Origin: Epiperipatus broadwayi
Taxonomy: Eukaryota; Animalia; Onychophora
DNA: 64,000 nucleotides
NCBI GenBank assembly: GCA_028023455.1
Contig: JAQFVV010000004.1
Location: forward strand, 16,120,001-16,184,000
Direction of reading: 5' to 3'
How positions within the stretch are numbered: position 1 is the first letter of the stretch; every line of letters begins with the position of its first letter. This document shows positions 10,401 to 23,254 of this stretch, in pieces. Made by a program: the position numbers and the translations under genes. Under the pieces are notes generated by a model that worked only from the letters and a program-made list of their open reading frames with translations, did not search any database and was not told the DNA's origin.

Positions 10401-11471
10401 AGTTAATTATCAGTTTTGTTTTGTTTTCTCTATCACTAACAATGAAAATATTAATTATTGTTTGTTTACTAAAATATTCTCTTCTATACATATATTATAA
10501 CAATTTAACTATGAGCCATAAAAGCAGAATCAAAGTGAACATATGATAAAAAATGATAGAAATCTAAGTGTTGAATATGAAATTACTAAATCAACAAATG
10601 TTATTGGTTGAAATAGAAAATGTTACAGTGAATGCTACTGGTTAGTATGGCAACAGCATATGTAAGATTTTTTGGACTGATTTAGCTTTCAGTATAACAT
10701 CAGACAACTTTATCACATTTTGTGAGGTTATTTGCATCTCATTTTTCTACTATAATTTATTCATTTCTACTTTTTTAAAATTCTTCTTATATGCATACAA
10801 ATATTAATTTTAATCATGAGTCAAAAAAAAATAGAATAAAAATAAATCTATTAGTATTGAAATGGAAAAAAGATCATTTCTAAAACAGAAAGTTGTAAAA
10901 CTGTCTGTGATTTAAATTCAGAATATGGTAGAGCTAAATTAACAATCTGCATCATTTAAAAAAATAATAAGCAGATAGAAAATGTGGTTTCCAGATTGAG
11001 AAGTTTACATTGTAATGTCATGGAGTGAATGGAAACTTTTAATCAAAAGCAAATCCCAGATAATCGCATTAATGAGATGATCATTTGTGAAAAGAAACAT
11101 CTAATGTAAATGTTGCTTCTACAAATGAGTTTGTTGCCAACAAAATATGGTTCACCAGATTCAAGAAGAGAACTAGATTTCATAGCATTATAAGGTATAT
11201 TGAAATGTCCAATGCAAATAGAGCAAATGCCAAATGATCCTTGTAAAGAATGAAATTTCTGAAGTCAACAATCTATGAATTTTTATTATAATATGTAAGT
11301 TTATGTACATTTTTATTTTATGCTTTTAAAAGTTGAATTTTAGTTTTCATTAAAAGCTAATGGTATACTATGCCAAGCAATTTATTTTGTATGTATTTTA
11401 CATTTATATATTTTTATTTTGTTTGCTTAAATGATCTCTGGAATGGATTATCCCAAATGTACATATCATTA

Positions 11472-11689
11472 CATGATCACTATTTCTTATGCTTGCTCTT
11501 AACTATTATCAAAACAGGCAAAACTCTATATGTATTGCCACTCAGTGCAAGGCAGAGTAATCAATAGGTGCCAGAAGGCTTGGATGAGTAGGCACTAGAT
11601 GGGCATTTTATGCACAAGCCTTCTGGCATCCATTGATTACTCTGGCTTGCACTGAGTGGCACTACTGTATAGAGAGTTTTGCCTGTTTT
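11472..11689. mobile_element. Family A short palindromic insertion lacking the ribozyme core
   Basis: Inverted tail, inverted 3' segment and direct 3' segment. Flanking repeat aatgtacatatcatta (11456-11471 / 11690-11705). Confidence 0.82.
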
Positions 11690-12903
11690 AATGTACATAT
11701 CATTATAAGTGAAAGTAAAGTGATGATCAGATAATCTAGAACCAGTCACTTTATTGTGCCAAACCTCACTGTAATTGAAAACTATTATTTGAAATGTAAA
11801 ATACTTCACTTCATAATAAAATCTTTTTTCAAAAGTCAATTATACTGATTTTTGTATACAATGTGCAGTTAAATTTTAATTATCTATAATCAGTTTTGAC
11901 AGAAAATCAAGTAACATAATCCCTGTTTTAAAATAAAAACTCATTACAATAAAAGAGAATAAAATTAAATGGATTTTTAACAAATCCTAAATTAACTTGC
12001 TAATATAAATGTATTGCCAATTAATACTGTTAAATTACTTGTAATATTTATTTTCTTTTGAAAAATTTGCATATATTAGCAATTCAGAAAATTTAGACAA
12101 CTTGTATGTATAGAATATATATATTTATAATTATCAGGACTACTAAATCATCGCATTCGACTGCAGTCATCACTTAAATTTATAAATGTTATTAAACATT
12201 TTTTAAAAAACCTATTTTCAGACTAATGCATATCCTTAACATTTATGCCAACAATTTGAATTAGAAGTCTTTGGATCTCTTTATTTTGTGAACTTAATTT
12301 TATAAGCATAATTATCATAATTAAGAATCGTGGTTTCCCAATATTAAGCACAAGTGGTAAAATATGAAGAACATTTCTATATTATTCCAATCTTATTCAT
12401 CCTTTTAAACATTATAAAAATTTCATGATTTTATGCACTGATATATATCTAATTATCAGAGTGGATTGTTAATCCTATTTTTTAGGATGTCTTAAAATTT
12501 ATTTGTAGATATATGTGTGTGTATAAGTAGTAGTACTAATATTGTTGATGTATAAACATGAAAGACAAAATAAAACTCATTTTGTTATTTATATTTAAAA
12601 CAAAATGTATCGAAAGGCTGACAGTTTAAGGGATAAAAATTGTGTTATAATCTCAGTATTAATAAATATGCAGAGGGGACTTAATAAACAGGTTACACAT
12701 GAAAATTGAACAGTATTTATAGATATTACTACAATCTAAATAATAGATATGTTGCACATGTTCATTGATTGGATTCAGTAGTTAAAAAATAACTGTGCCA
12801 AAGAATGTACTGCTCCAATAAAAAACAACTTACAACTGTGCATTTTTTATGGTCCTAAACTTTCTGAAAAAATAGATATAAAAAAAATTATTTATTATTA
12901 TTA

Positions 12904-13010
12904 TTTTTTTTTTCCATGTGTCATAGCATCGGCCGGGACGCGAACCCACAACCGTCTGCAACCAACTACTTGCTTGCATGGCGGCTGCAATACCTCTCGG
13001 CTAACAACGC
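12904..13010 (-). mobile_element. tRNA-Gly-derived SINE copy (long variant)
   Basis: A box tagccgagagg, B box gggttcgcgtccc, 3' gatgctatgacacatgg(A)n. Confidence 0.85.
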
Positions 13011-14552
13011 AAAACTATTTTATGGTATAAAATATTTCTTTTGCTAAAATACGATTTTGGTTATTGATGAGGAAGATTTTGAAAGACAATACACAAATAA
13101 TTGAGACTATTTCTTTTCTGATGCTTTTGAGATAAAGTTTATAAGTTAAGGATATTAATGTAAATGGAAGTTGGGTCAAGAAATAAATATTTTTTGAATT
13201 CATATTTTACTTGTTTTTTAATTTTTAAATACTTTGTTATAACATTTTATAATGTTTTCTGATTTTGCTTTATAGTTCTATTATAATTACAGGATTAATT
13301 GGTATTAACTTGTAATTACTTGAAACGTAGCCCAAATTTTAAAATTATATAAAAAAAGCTCTCTACCCTAGTGCCACCTATAGTCATTAATGATTATAAG
13401 AGCTGCTGTAGTTTTGTAATATATTGTGTGATCTAGAGAGAGGTGAGATTTATTATTATAAATTATAGAGTGATTAAAAAACAAATGAAGATAATATGAA
13501 TTTTAAATTATTGAGCATTTGTAAATGCTATAAAGAAAAATGCATATATTTTTTTTAAAAAAATAACCTCAATCTTATCTATTTACACATATAAATGATA
13601 AATTAATGACTGTTCACTTCATGATTCATAAGTTTTGTGAGATCATTTATTAACTGCTAAATAATTATTTTTTAGAATATATAAACTTGCATTTATTAAA
13701 AACGATCTCAACAATAAATATTGAGACTGATTTATTACGTTTGTTCAAAGAAATAAATGTAAATAACATAGAACAAATTTTTTTGCTGTCCAATATTAAA
13801 TAATGATGCTAATTTAAGAATAGGGGGTAAAATAAATAGTATTTTGTGCTTGGAACTATGTTGGTTGCAGTCACCATTTATCATTTATGTTTCAAAAAGA
13901 ATGAAAATGTAATTGTTTATTGATTGTCAAAAATAAGGGGGGGGGGGATTAACATATATTGTAAAGTGGTTTTGAGAAATAAAAGATATAGTTGAATAAG
14001 CATCATAATACAGTTTAATCTGATTTTAGTAGAATCCAGGAAATATAAACTGAGAAAAACATTACAAACTTTAAAATAATTTGTGTCAACAAAGAAAAAT
14101 CTTTGACATCATGGATCATGGATGGAGGGAATAATTATCAAAACTTTTTATCAGTAACTGAAATTCTTGTGTTCATAATGAGCCGATTTATTAATACAAA
14201 AGTAATTGTATTATATTATGTTTTGTGTGTCTTCCCCATTAACATGATTTAGTATATTTATTAAGATAACTGCAGGTATTTAATGTAGTGAGTTTCTTAC
14301 CTTTTACACTTCATGGCAGAATGGTCATTAAAGATACCCTTTTCACAACTTTTTTATTTTATTATAACTATATTGTTACTTCTTACTACTGTAACTGCTA
14401 ATTATAATTCTGAAACTTGTCTCTAGGGAGAGCTTGTAGTAGTAGCTAGATTAGTGCTGATAAAGTTATATTTTAAATAACTAGGTAGCTGGATTTTATT
14501 TTCCACCTCAAATTGCAATTTTCCCTTATCAGAACTCTAAAACAGTATCTTA

Positions 14553-14659
14553 GTCAAGCATTGGTGGTCGAAAGGTCAGCGGCAGCTGCTTTACAAGCAG
14601 TTGTCCCGGGATAGCGGGTTTGCTTCCTGGCTGATGCTATGACACATGAGGAAAAAAAA
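14553..14659 (+). mobile_element. tRNA-Gly-derived SINE copy with TSD
   Basis: gtcaagcattggtgg...gatgctatgacacatgaggaaaa. 14 bp TSD aaaacagtatctta (14539-14552 / 14656-14669). Confidence 0.85.
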
Positions 14660-15861
14660 CAGTATCTTATCCTAAAGGTCACACATCTTTGTTTAGGAAT
14701 TTTTTCCAATTGGAAAAGCTGATGAATAAGTTTTGAAAGGTTAATTTTAAGATTTTATTTGTGTTATAGAGGAAAAAATTAATCATGAGTTCTGTGACAT
14801 AAGAGTATTTCAATTTTCTACCAGAATTTAAGACTGCATCACCTTATGATTATGCTGTTTTTGCAGTGGGTACATTAGCACATGACTGAGCAATTCAGCC
14901 TAATTTAAGATTTTATTCTCTAGCATAATGATGCACAGAATATTCATATTTTTAATCATCTATTTTTTTGCATAAATTCTGCATATCTCTAAAAAAAAAA
15001 AATCAATTATGTTAATAAATATAATGATAGTAATAATTTTATAAATTAATCATACAATTTTGTACTTTATATCTTCAGTATGTGTAATTTTGATATACCA
15101 ATATAAATTGCACATTAATAATTTTTACCATTACTTTTGTTGTTTTCTGAACATTTTATTCTGATTGCCCATCAAACAGTATGATGATGATAATAATAAT
15201 ATATATTTAATAATAGGAAAATATTTTTATTGATACTGTAAAAAATAAAATTTACAACAAATATATTTGAAATATTAGCTGATAACCTAAATTCCATTAC
15301 GAAGCAAATCTATTAAATTGCTTCATAGTGTAAATATTTAATAATAATACTAAAAACTTTTCCCTTAAATATGAATTAAAAACCATGTTATGAGACAGTG
15401 TATATACATCGTGGAATAATCCCATACTGCAATAAAACATATAACTTCAGTGCACATTGCATATAAATTTAAGCCAAGTTTACAGTATGAAATTTCAGAT
15501 ATCGTAACTCATATATAGGACTGATTTCTTGCTGTGCAAAATATTTAAGAACCTATTCAATTGTGCTTCCTATTGGCTTAAATATGCAGTGTATAATTTT
15601 GATTTATATATTCTCATTTTATTTCTACTTTTATTCTAAAAGTAAAAAAAAGTTTTGACTTTAACATTATTTTATGTAATATTTTTGAAAATTTGGAGAC
15701 TCAATATGCAACTCTTTAAAAAGTCATGATTCATAGTTTCATATAATTGCCTTAACCAATAATAGCTTGATAAATATTTCACCACTAATACTGAATGGCT
15801 TGAGACTCATTTATTGGTTGGCTACCTGAAACATCTTAAGCTACTTGAAGCATGAAAAAAT

Positions 15862-15932
15862 GCTCACGGTTCACCTCAAACTTGAACTCTGGGTCTGAAT
15901 ATGGTAGCAAATGCATTAACCACTGTATTATA
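15862..15932 (-). mobile_element. Fragment of a second tRNA-headed SINE
   Basis: The minus strand has A-box-like tacagtggttaatg and B-box-like gagttcaagt. Confidence 0.45.
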
Positions 15933-16176
15933 AAGATCTTAAATATTTTTGTTACAGTGTTGCGAGAAATATCAAAGCTGTTAACAATATTATTATAAAT
16001 ATTTTAGCCTGGCATTTAATTCACCTAAAGCTATAACCTACTTATTGCAATTGATTTTATTTGTAAGATATTTATAACAAAAAAAGGACACAGTAAATAC
16101 AGTAGCTATTTAGAATTGTATTGTTTTATATGAAGTCACTCTTGTCTTTTAAATAAATCTTGTGTTAAAGATTTGC

Positions 16177-16233
16177 AGAGGTCCCTACTGTCATTTTTTC
16201 AGGTGCATAGTCTTAAGATTATAGCATTAATAA
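16177..16233 (+). mobile_element. One-ended fragment of the TTAA MITE family
   Basis: Similar to the right TIR of 58075-58225. Confidence 0.55.
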
Positions 16234-16407
16234 ATATTACTGAAAGTAATTTAGTTGATTATCTAAAGGTTTGTGATAACAGCATTTTTCTTATGGTTAT
16301 ATGTTCGATTACTTTCCATATTAATTAAAATGTTAAATATTTTTAAACCAAAAATTCAAATTTTATTTATATCTTTCTGAATACAGTCATCTGCTACTAA
16401 TAAAACA

Positions 16408-16791
16408 AAGCAAAGCAAAACTCCATATAGTATTGCCACCTGTGCTAAACAGAGTAATCAATGGATGCCAGAAAGGCTTGTACATAAAATCCCTATCTAA
16501 TGTCTACTCATCCAATATCCCCAGACTAGTTTCTGGCTTGTGGCCTTCATCAGTGAGGAGCTTTGGATCTGAGAGCACCGCATCTAGATCTTAGGATCTA
16601 ATGCAACCCTCTAGCAACCACCTTTTATCTCTACTTAACTACAAAACTATGAGCATGAAATTGAAAACACAAAAAATATTTTCAATCTAAGCTCAATAGC
16701 TTATATAGTCATATGGGTCTGAACTCAGTTCAGCACCCATACATTTGGTGTCTTTGGATCTTTAACAACCATGTGATGCTTGCTGGTTTAA
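16408..16791 (-). mobile_element. Family A Penelope-like hammerhead element
   Basis: 13 bp TSD tactaataaaaca (16395-16407 / 16792-16804). Core at 16547-16553 on the minus strand. Confidence 0.85.
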
Positions 16792-19700
16792 TACTAATAA
16801 AACACAGGTTAATATAAAAATCAATGTTTCAAGTGCTATTATTCTTCTCTCTTCTTCGGGGATTATTGACCTGATCATTGACAGTATTAACCTGAGAATT
16901 GAATTGGTAACCTTTAGATTTGTGAATAATGAATTTAAGAGGACACTAATCAATTAGGCTTTTCTATCAAAGACAGATTTTTTATTAAAAAACAACAACA
17001 TTTAATTAGATGATGAAAACAATTTGGCATGTAGCTACAAAATAATTTACTTGTCTAATACAGGAGAGTGGAGTTCATGTTAAAAACATTTGAAATAGAA
17101 GACTTGTTTAATTTTTATCATTTAAAAAAGTGTTTCTATAATTTTTTATAAAAATTAAAAGATTGAATATGTCAAGATATTCAGAAAAAATTTGAATCCC
17201 TCTATAAGGAATTGAGAAGTTAAATCAAGTGTGCATTGATAAGAAAAAAATATTTTTGAATGAAAATAAGCAAAATATCTTGGCATCACTGAATTTTAAT
17301 GGTGATTAAATTTAATGTTTCTCAAAGCTTTAATAATTTTTATGTGTACATTTTAAAACAGTTTTACTATTTTTCTTTTCAGTTCTGACTAACTGAAAAT
17401 TTCATGGAAAAACAGAATATATTGGAAATTCATAAGTAGTTTGAGTATCTGATGTATTCAGAATTGGAACTTATCCAAGGTTCTTATGTTCCAGAATCTG
17501 AAATTCTACTACTATACCAAACCATCCAGGACATTATATTTGGTAAATAACACAAAGTGAACATAACTTGAGTCTCCCAGCTTACATTATTATCTGCATT
17601 AGGAGCAATGCTATATTACATTGAATATAACACACCCCAAATTTAAAGCACAGTTAAAAGTTAAGCTTAGAAAATTGGGAAAAAGTCTATAAGTTGATAA
17701 AACTTTTACTTTGAATTTAAGACACACCTCCACTTTTACAGGTCCAAAATTTGAATAAAAGTGTGTCTTATATAATATGGTGTTATTCATTCGATTTTCT
17801 CTATTCAAGAGCCATTTTTTATAAACTTAAGCAATCAATGAATATTAAATGGTAATTCCAACCAAATTATCTGAAATGGTTTTGGTTATTGATTTCACCA
17901 TTAAGCAGCAAGTTGGCCTGGGTTCAAAATCTTAATGTGATTAAGTTTCGGCTCATTACATTGACTTGATGCAGTTGTGTTGTGTACAATATGTTACTCC
18001 TCATCCTAGAAGATCAATAATCACAAAATAGTATGGGATTATTTGCACTATAATTTATTATACTTTCATTATTCAAGCTTGCACAATAGATAAGATAAAA
18101 TAAATAACTAAAATCGAGATTTTAATGGAGATATAATCTGAACTTTCAATTTTAGCTGTATAAGCTATCTCGATCTTGAAATTATAATTTGAGTTAAAGA
18201 TAAAAGTTTTTATTTTATATACGTTATTGCTGAAAATTGTCAAAAAATTGTATCTACAAATTAACAATGTATTACAAAAGTATAATGGATCTAACCATCA
18301 GCATTCAAGATATGAAGATATTTTGATAAATTGTTGCAATTAATTCATTTCATGTATTAAAGTTTTTAAAAAAGAAATTACTAAAAATTATTTATAGGAT
18401 ATATATTCCTAAATTATTACTGAAACAGTAATAAAATTCTAGAGTATTTTGTATTGACAAGATTTTAGTATTCTGTAATCATTACATTTCCATTGTCATA
18501 ATAATTGAAACTTAAACATATCCAGTGGTGGCTTGTGTATAGGCACTGTGGAACTGCAGTACCCTCTATAACTTTCATAATGAGTCTTTTTTTTTTAATC
18601 CTTTCTTTATACTTGTACATTATATAGTCTTTAAGCTTAATGTCTGTTTCTTTGTGCCAGCATTTTTTCAGGACATCATAGCAGAGTTTAAAATGTTACA
18701 TTAACAGTTAATGCTAGATATCCCAATAAGAAGTTTGTGTAATTTTGAGGTAAAAAATAATTTATGTTACATTTTAGAAAATTGTAAATGTGTTTTACTT
18801 GATGTTTATATAAAGATTTGTTTCTGAAGTAGAGTTTCAATTACAGCAGATTTAGTTACTTGTTTAGGATTTTATCAAGTTTATATATAAATTTTCTCTT
18901 TATATGCTTGTTTCATTTTACATAATATTAAAACAATGGCTAAAAATTTTCTGAACCAACAAAACCCCCACAAATTTTAGTTACAAGCCATGACTGGACA
19001 TATCTAATAAATTAATCATCATTAAAAACCAGTCAATACTTTGACAATCTCAATATTAATAACATTCAACAATTTCTAACTGTTGTCAAGGCATTGTTAA
19101 TATATATAAAACAATGTATTGTTTGATTGGGAAATGTTTTTGGTAGATCTTTCTTTTTTCCCCAATCTCACATTATTATAAGACTTTATGAAAATACTTT
19201 AAAAGCAATAGAAATTTTAAATAAAATCTGTATGAGATATGGATCTGGGAACAGAAATAATTAAAATCCAAAATTATTTTTATCTGAAATTGAAAGAATT
19301 CATTTGGAAGTACATAAAAAATAAATTTCCAATAGCAACAAATATCACACATAAAATAATATCTTGCTTTGGTTTTATGTATCTTAGTAATTGATGAAAA
19401 TTAATTAATATTTTTCATCTGCTTAATTTGAAATTTGTAACTAAATAACATTTTTGGAAAATTTAAATATGGAATTGTTATCATATATATCTAGAGAGTT
19501 GTGTATATGTGATGTGCATTTTATAAAATCTACATTTTTTTGAAGATATCAGTATGTAAGAAATGTCTTTGTTAATATACTAGAGACACAACCTCCTGTT
19601 GCTTTTTATGCCTAACCCCCTGGGACCCATTCACATCTTTTTAGTAGAGTTTAAGAAAAAATATGTGTAACCTTTTTTCCATACAATATATATATATATA

Positions 19701-21177
19701 TAAGGGGTTTTGAAATTCCAATAGCATTACATTAAAGTTGGATAAAATTTAAAAAGAATGATATCAAAGACATATATGTAAGATTTAAAATTTCCCTGAT
19801 TTAATGCATTACATAAAATTGTCACTTATGATTTTTCCAAAATAGTTTAGGGTAGATGTGTATTTCTTTTTGAAAACATATTATTTATTGACTAAGAAAG
19901 GAAAGATTAAAAGAATGCAATAATAAAGAGTCTATGATCAATGTTTTCAAATTATTTTGTTCAAAAGACAAAAAAAAAAAACATTCAAAGATTCAAATAT
20001 CTTATGGTTTTCCCAACTTTCAATCACAATCTAATATATTATCCAAAATTGTTATGTAGGTACATGAAGACTAGAATAAAATTTAATTTAAAAAAACTTA
20101 AAAAAGCTCTATAAATTACATTTATATATTTTAACAAAAATTATAAAATTATTTACAAAATTAAGTTCTGTTTTTTCTTTATTAAATAAGTCTGCTTTAA
20201 CTATTTCATAAAATACAACTTTATTCTTTTTTTTTTTCTTTGAGTCAGAGCAAAGTAATATTCTTATCAGAATATAGGTGGTTCTTCAAGATTTTTAATA
20301 ACAGTTTGTTCTTTTTTATAAGGGTGGCAAAATAGGAAAAATTTTATTCCCTTATTAACAGATTCACTTCTGGTATTTTTAGTGAGCTGTGTCGCTTCTA
20401 TTTCCTTTTCACTTATGATTTTGTATATATATAGGATAGATTGGGTATGGGTATATCTGCCTGGAAAAAAGTTGAATAAGGAGGCAATAATATTTGATTT
20501 TTATTGTTGTTGCTTGTCATCCTCTTAAAACAATTTATTTTAGCATCTCAATTTTAAAACTTCATCATAATTATTAGCAAGTAATAAAATGAATATTTGA
20601 AGTCTGTTAAAGTGTGCATGGAAAAAAAGTAAAACTGAATATGAAAAAATTAAAAACACTTAAATAATGATATATGGGTTTTAAGCATACTGATTAGCTA
20701 ATCTATAGATCTTGGTTTTGATATCTGAAGCTTTCAAAATAAATTGAGAGTTGTTTTTTCCCAGATAACAATCTTATTGATCAGTAAATATCATATTATA
20801 ATTATTAGATTGGGATTTAAAAAACATAATGACACAAGTTTTAAATAATCTGATGAATACATGGATTGATTAAAAATAATAAAAAGAAATGAAAAATATT
20901 TTTTTATGAAGTAAACCATTTTTTTTTAAACAGATAAAATAATTTTCCTTACTAATATTAAAATATGATATTAGTAAGGAAAGTTATTTTGTGTTTTCTA
21001 TAGCTTTCACTATTTCACACATATTTTCTTACGTCTCCCTTTTATTTTATTTAAAAAAAAAAAAAAAAAAATTCCAGATATTTACTTCTTCTAAATGAGT
21101 CAATATTTTCATATTTCTTCTTTTTTTTTTTTTGAAGCATTGTTTTGTCTCTGTTAAAGTTTAATGATGAATTGTAA

Positions 21178-21243
21178 TTTTTTGTGTCAAAGCATCTGCC
21201 AACTGCTTGCAAGGCAGCTGTGCTGACCACTCGGCCACCAATA
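21178..21243 (-). mobile_element. tRNA-Gly-derived SINE copy, internally deleted (no B box)
   Basis: Homologous to the other copies at both ends. Confidence 0.7.
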
Positions 21244-21619
21244 TTTTTTGTACCAACTATTTGATTTACATGATTAAAAAATAACTGGATACACGGGCCT
21301 AAAGATAGAGATTGGTGTAAATATCTCATAATATAAATTACCGTGTCACTTCTTTATATACATGCAATCATTACATATATAGATTGCAGATTATTTATAT
21401 AAAATCATTTTTTAAAATGTTTGGTTTTAATTTTTTAAAGTCATTTATGTTATCTCTACTTTATAATTTTTTTTTAAACTTAGAAAATCTGAGTAACCCT
21501 GGAGTTATCTTTCTTTTAACTTTCGAAAGAAAAAAAAGTTGAAATATATTTATAAAGCATTAACATTTTAATTTCAATTTATCAATGAATATTAAACTTG
21601 AAGTAACCATTAAAGAGAC

Positions 21620-22314
21620 AACAGTAGGAATAACTAATAGGCGCCCTGGTATTAAATTGAGTTCACCTTCCTTAAAAAAAAAGTTTAAATAGAAGTTTTA
21701 AAAAGGAAAAGAGAAAAGTGTAGCAACATAAAAGGATTCACAAGACAAGCATTAATGAAGCCTTAGTAGAACTTTTAAGTCCCCCTCATCTACACACAGT
21801 AATAACACTTTCATCTATTCAAAGGCTGGGTTCCTAGCTAAATCGTGTGGATCGCAAGGGGGCTTACTAATGGTGACAGCAGGTGTGTATACACTTCTTT
21901 AATTATAACCCATGTTGGGCCAGGTCCCGGCAGTGCATTAATTATGACACCGTAGGGGAGGTGGGGGAGGGGGGCTTCACAGATTACCCAGTCTTTGTGA
22001 GTAAATAAGGTGTAGGGGATAAGAACTCCTAGTTCCCCATGGAGTCTTGACTATGTACACCAGGGACTGGTCTTCTACTTTTGATATAACTATAGAAGAA
22101 TCAATGATTGTGCCAAACCCCATGGGTGAGCCTGAGGCCCTCTGTGTTGCCATGGAATCAGAAAACAGGCTAGAAGCTAGTTGGTAATAAGAGTTTTTCC
22201 TCTAAGGGCCTCCCTCTCTCTTTTACCATCTCTGTAAATAGTTCTCTCCCTCTCTTGAGAAACTGATCAAAATAGTTTGTAATAAAGCCATTCTATAATT
22301 AATAGAAGGTAACA
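21620..22314 (+). mobile_element. Possible solo LTR / GC-richer repeat island
   Basis: Sharp rise in GC content. AATAAA lies ~30 bp before a ...ggtaaca end. I found no clear 5' TG or TSD. Confidence 0.3.
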
Positions 22315-23254
22315 ATTTTATCAAATACAATTTTATATTCTTTTTTTTTTTTCAATCATTTAGTTTTTCTCTTTTTGTTATTTTGAAATGTCAGTGTCAC
22401 ATTTGAAGTCATGCATTTTGATTCTCTGGTAGCTTAAGGAGTTTAACCCACTCATGTCTTATTTTCACTTCAGGCAAAGAGCTTCACCTGCTAGGACAGG
22501 CCTTCATGGAATAAACTGAGTCATAAAACAATTCACATAGCTGCAGCTGATTTACGAATTAATTATTGAGACAACTTTAAATCTTAGGAAATAATAATCT
22601 TCATCAAAAATTATACATTTAAAAAAAAAAATGTATAAAGATCATAAGTTTTCGTTAATATACCATGAACTAACAGATCTATATTTCTAAAAATATATGT
22701 CCAAACAAAAGGAAAGCAGCAATGAAATTTTTCTTTTTTTATCATAAAGTATGGTATGCTCACATCCAATCACACACACATATAATATTTGTATAGATGA
22801 GTTGAAAGGAATGATCTAATATAGATTAAAATTGTTATGGATGTATATGACCTGTGTGAGTCTTTGCTATGTGAAAATTGAATAATAAAGTGTGTATTGA
22901 TCTAGAATTAGTTTACTGTTCTAATTTATTTTTATTTTTTCCAGACAAATTTTAATTTCTTATTACAAAATAATTATTTCTTTTCATTTTATTTATTAAA
23001 TATTTCTGTAGAATTAAATTTATGATATACAAATTAGACTATAGTTTTATTAACCTAACATATATATAAATTGTGAATCCTCAAATCTTGGAGATTGTAA
23101 ATCATTAGCCCAAGTAACAGTTGTTGAATGAAAGTAGAGAGTTAATAAGAATTTTCAAGTTATTGACCTAGTTATCAATCCATTAATGGTAACCTTTTAT
23201 TAGTTTTAGATCACTTTTAAGTGAAGACTGTATGAATTTGAAGAAGAAATGGCT

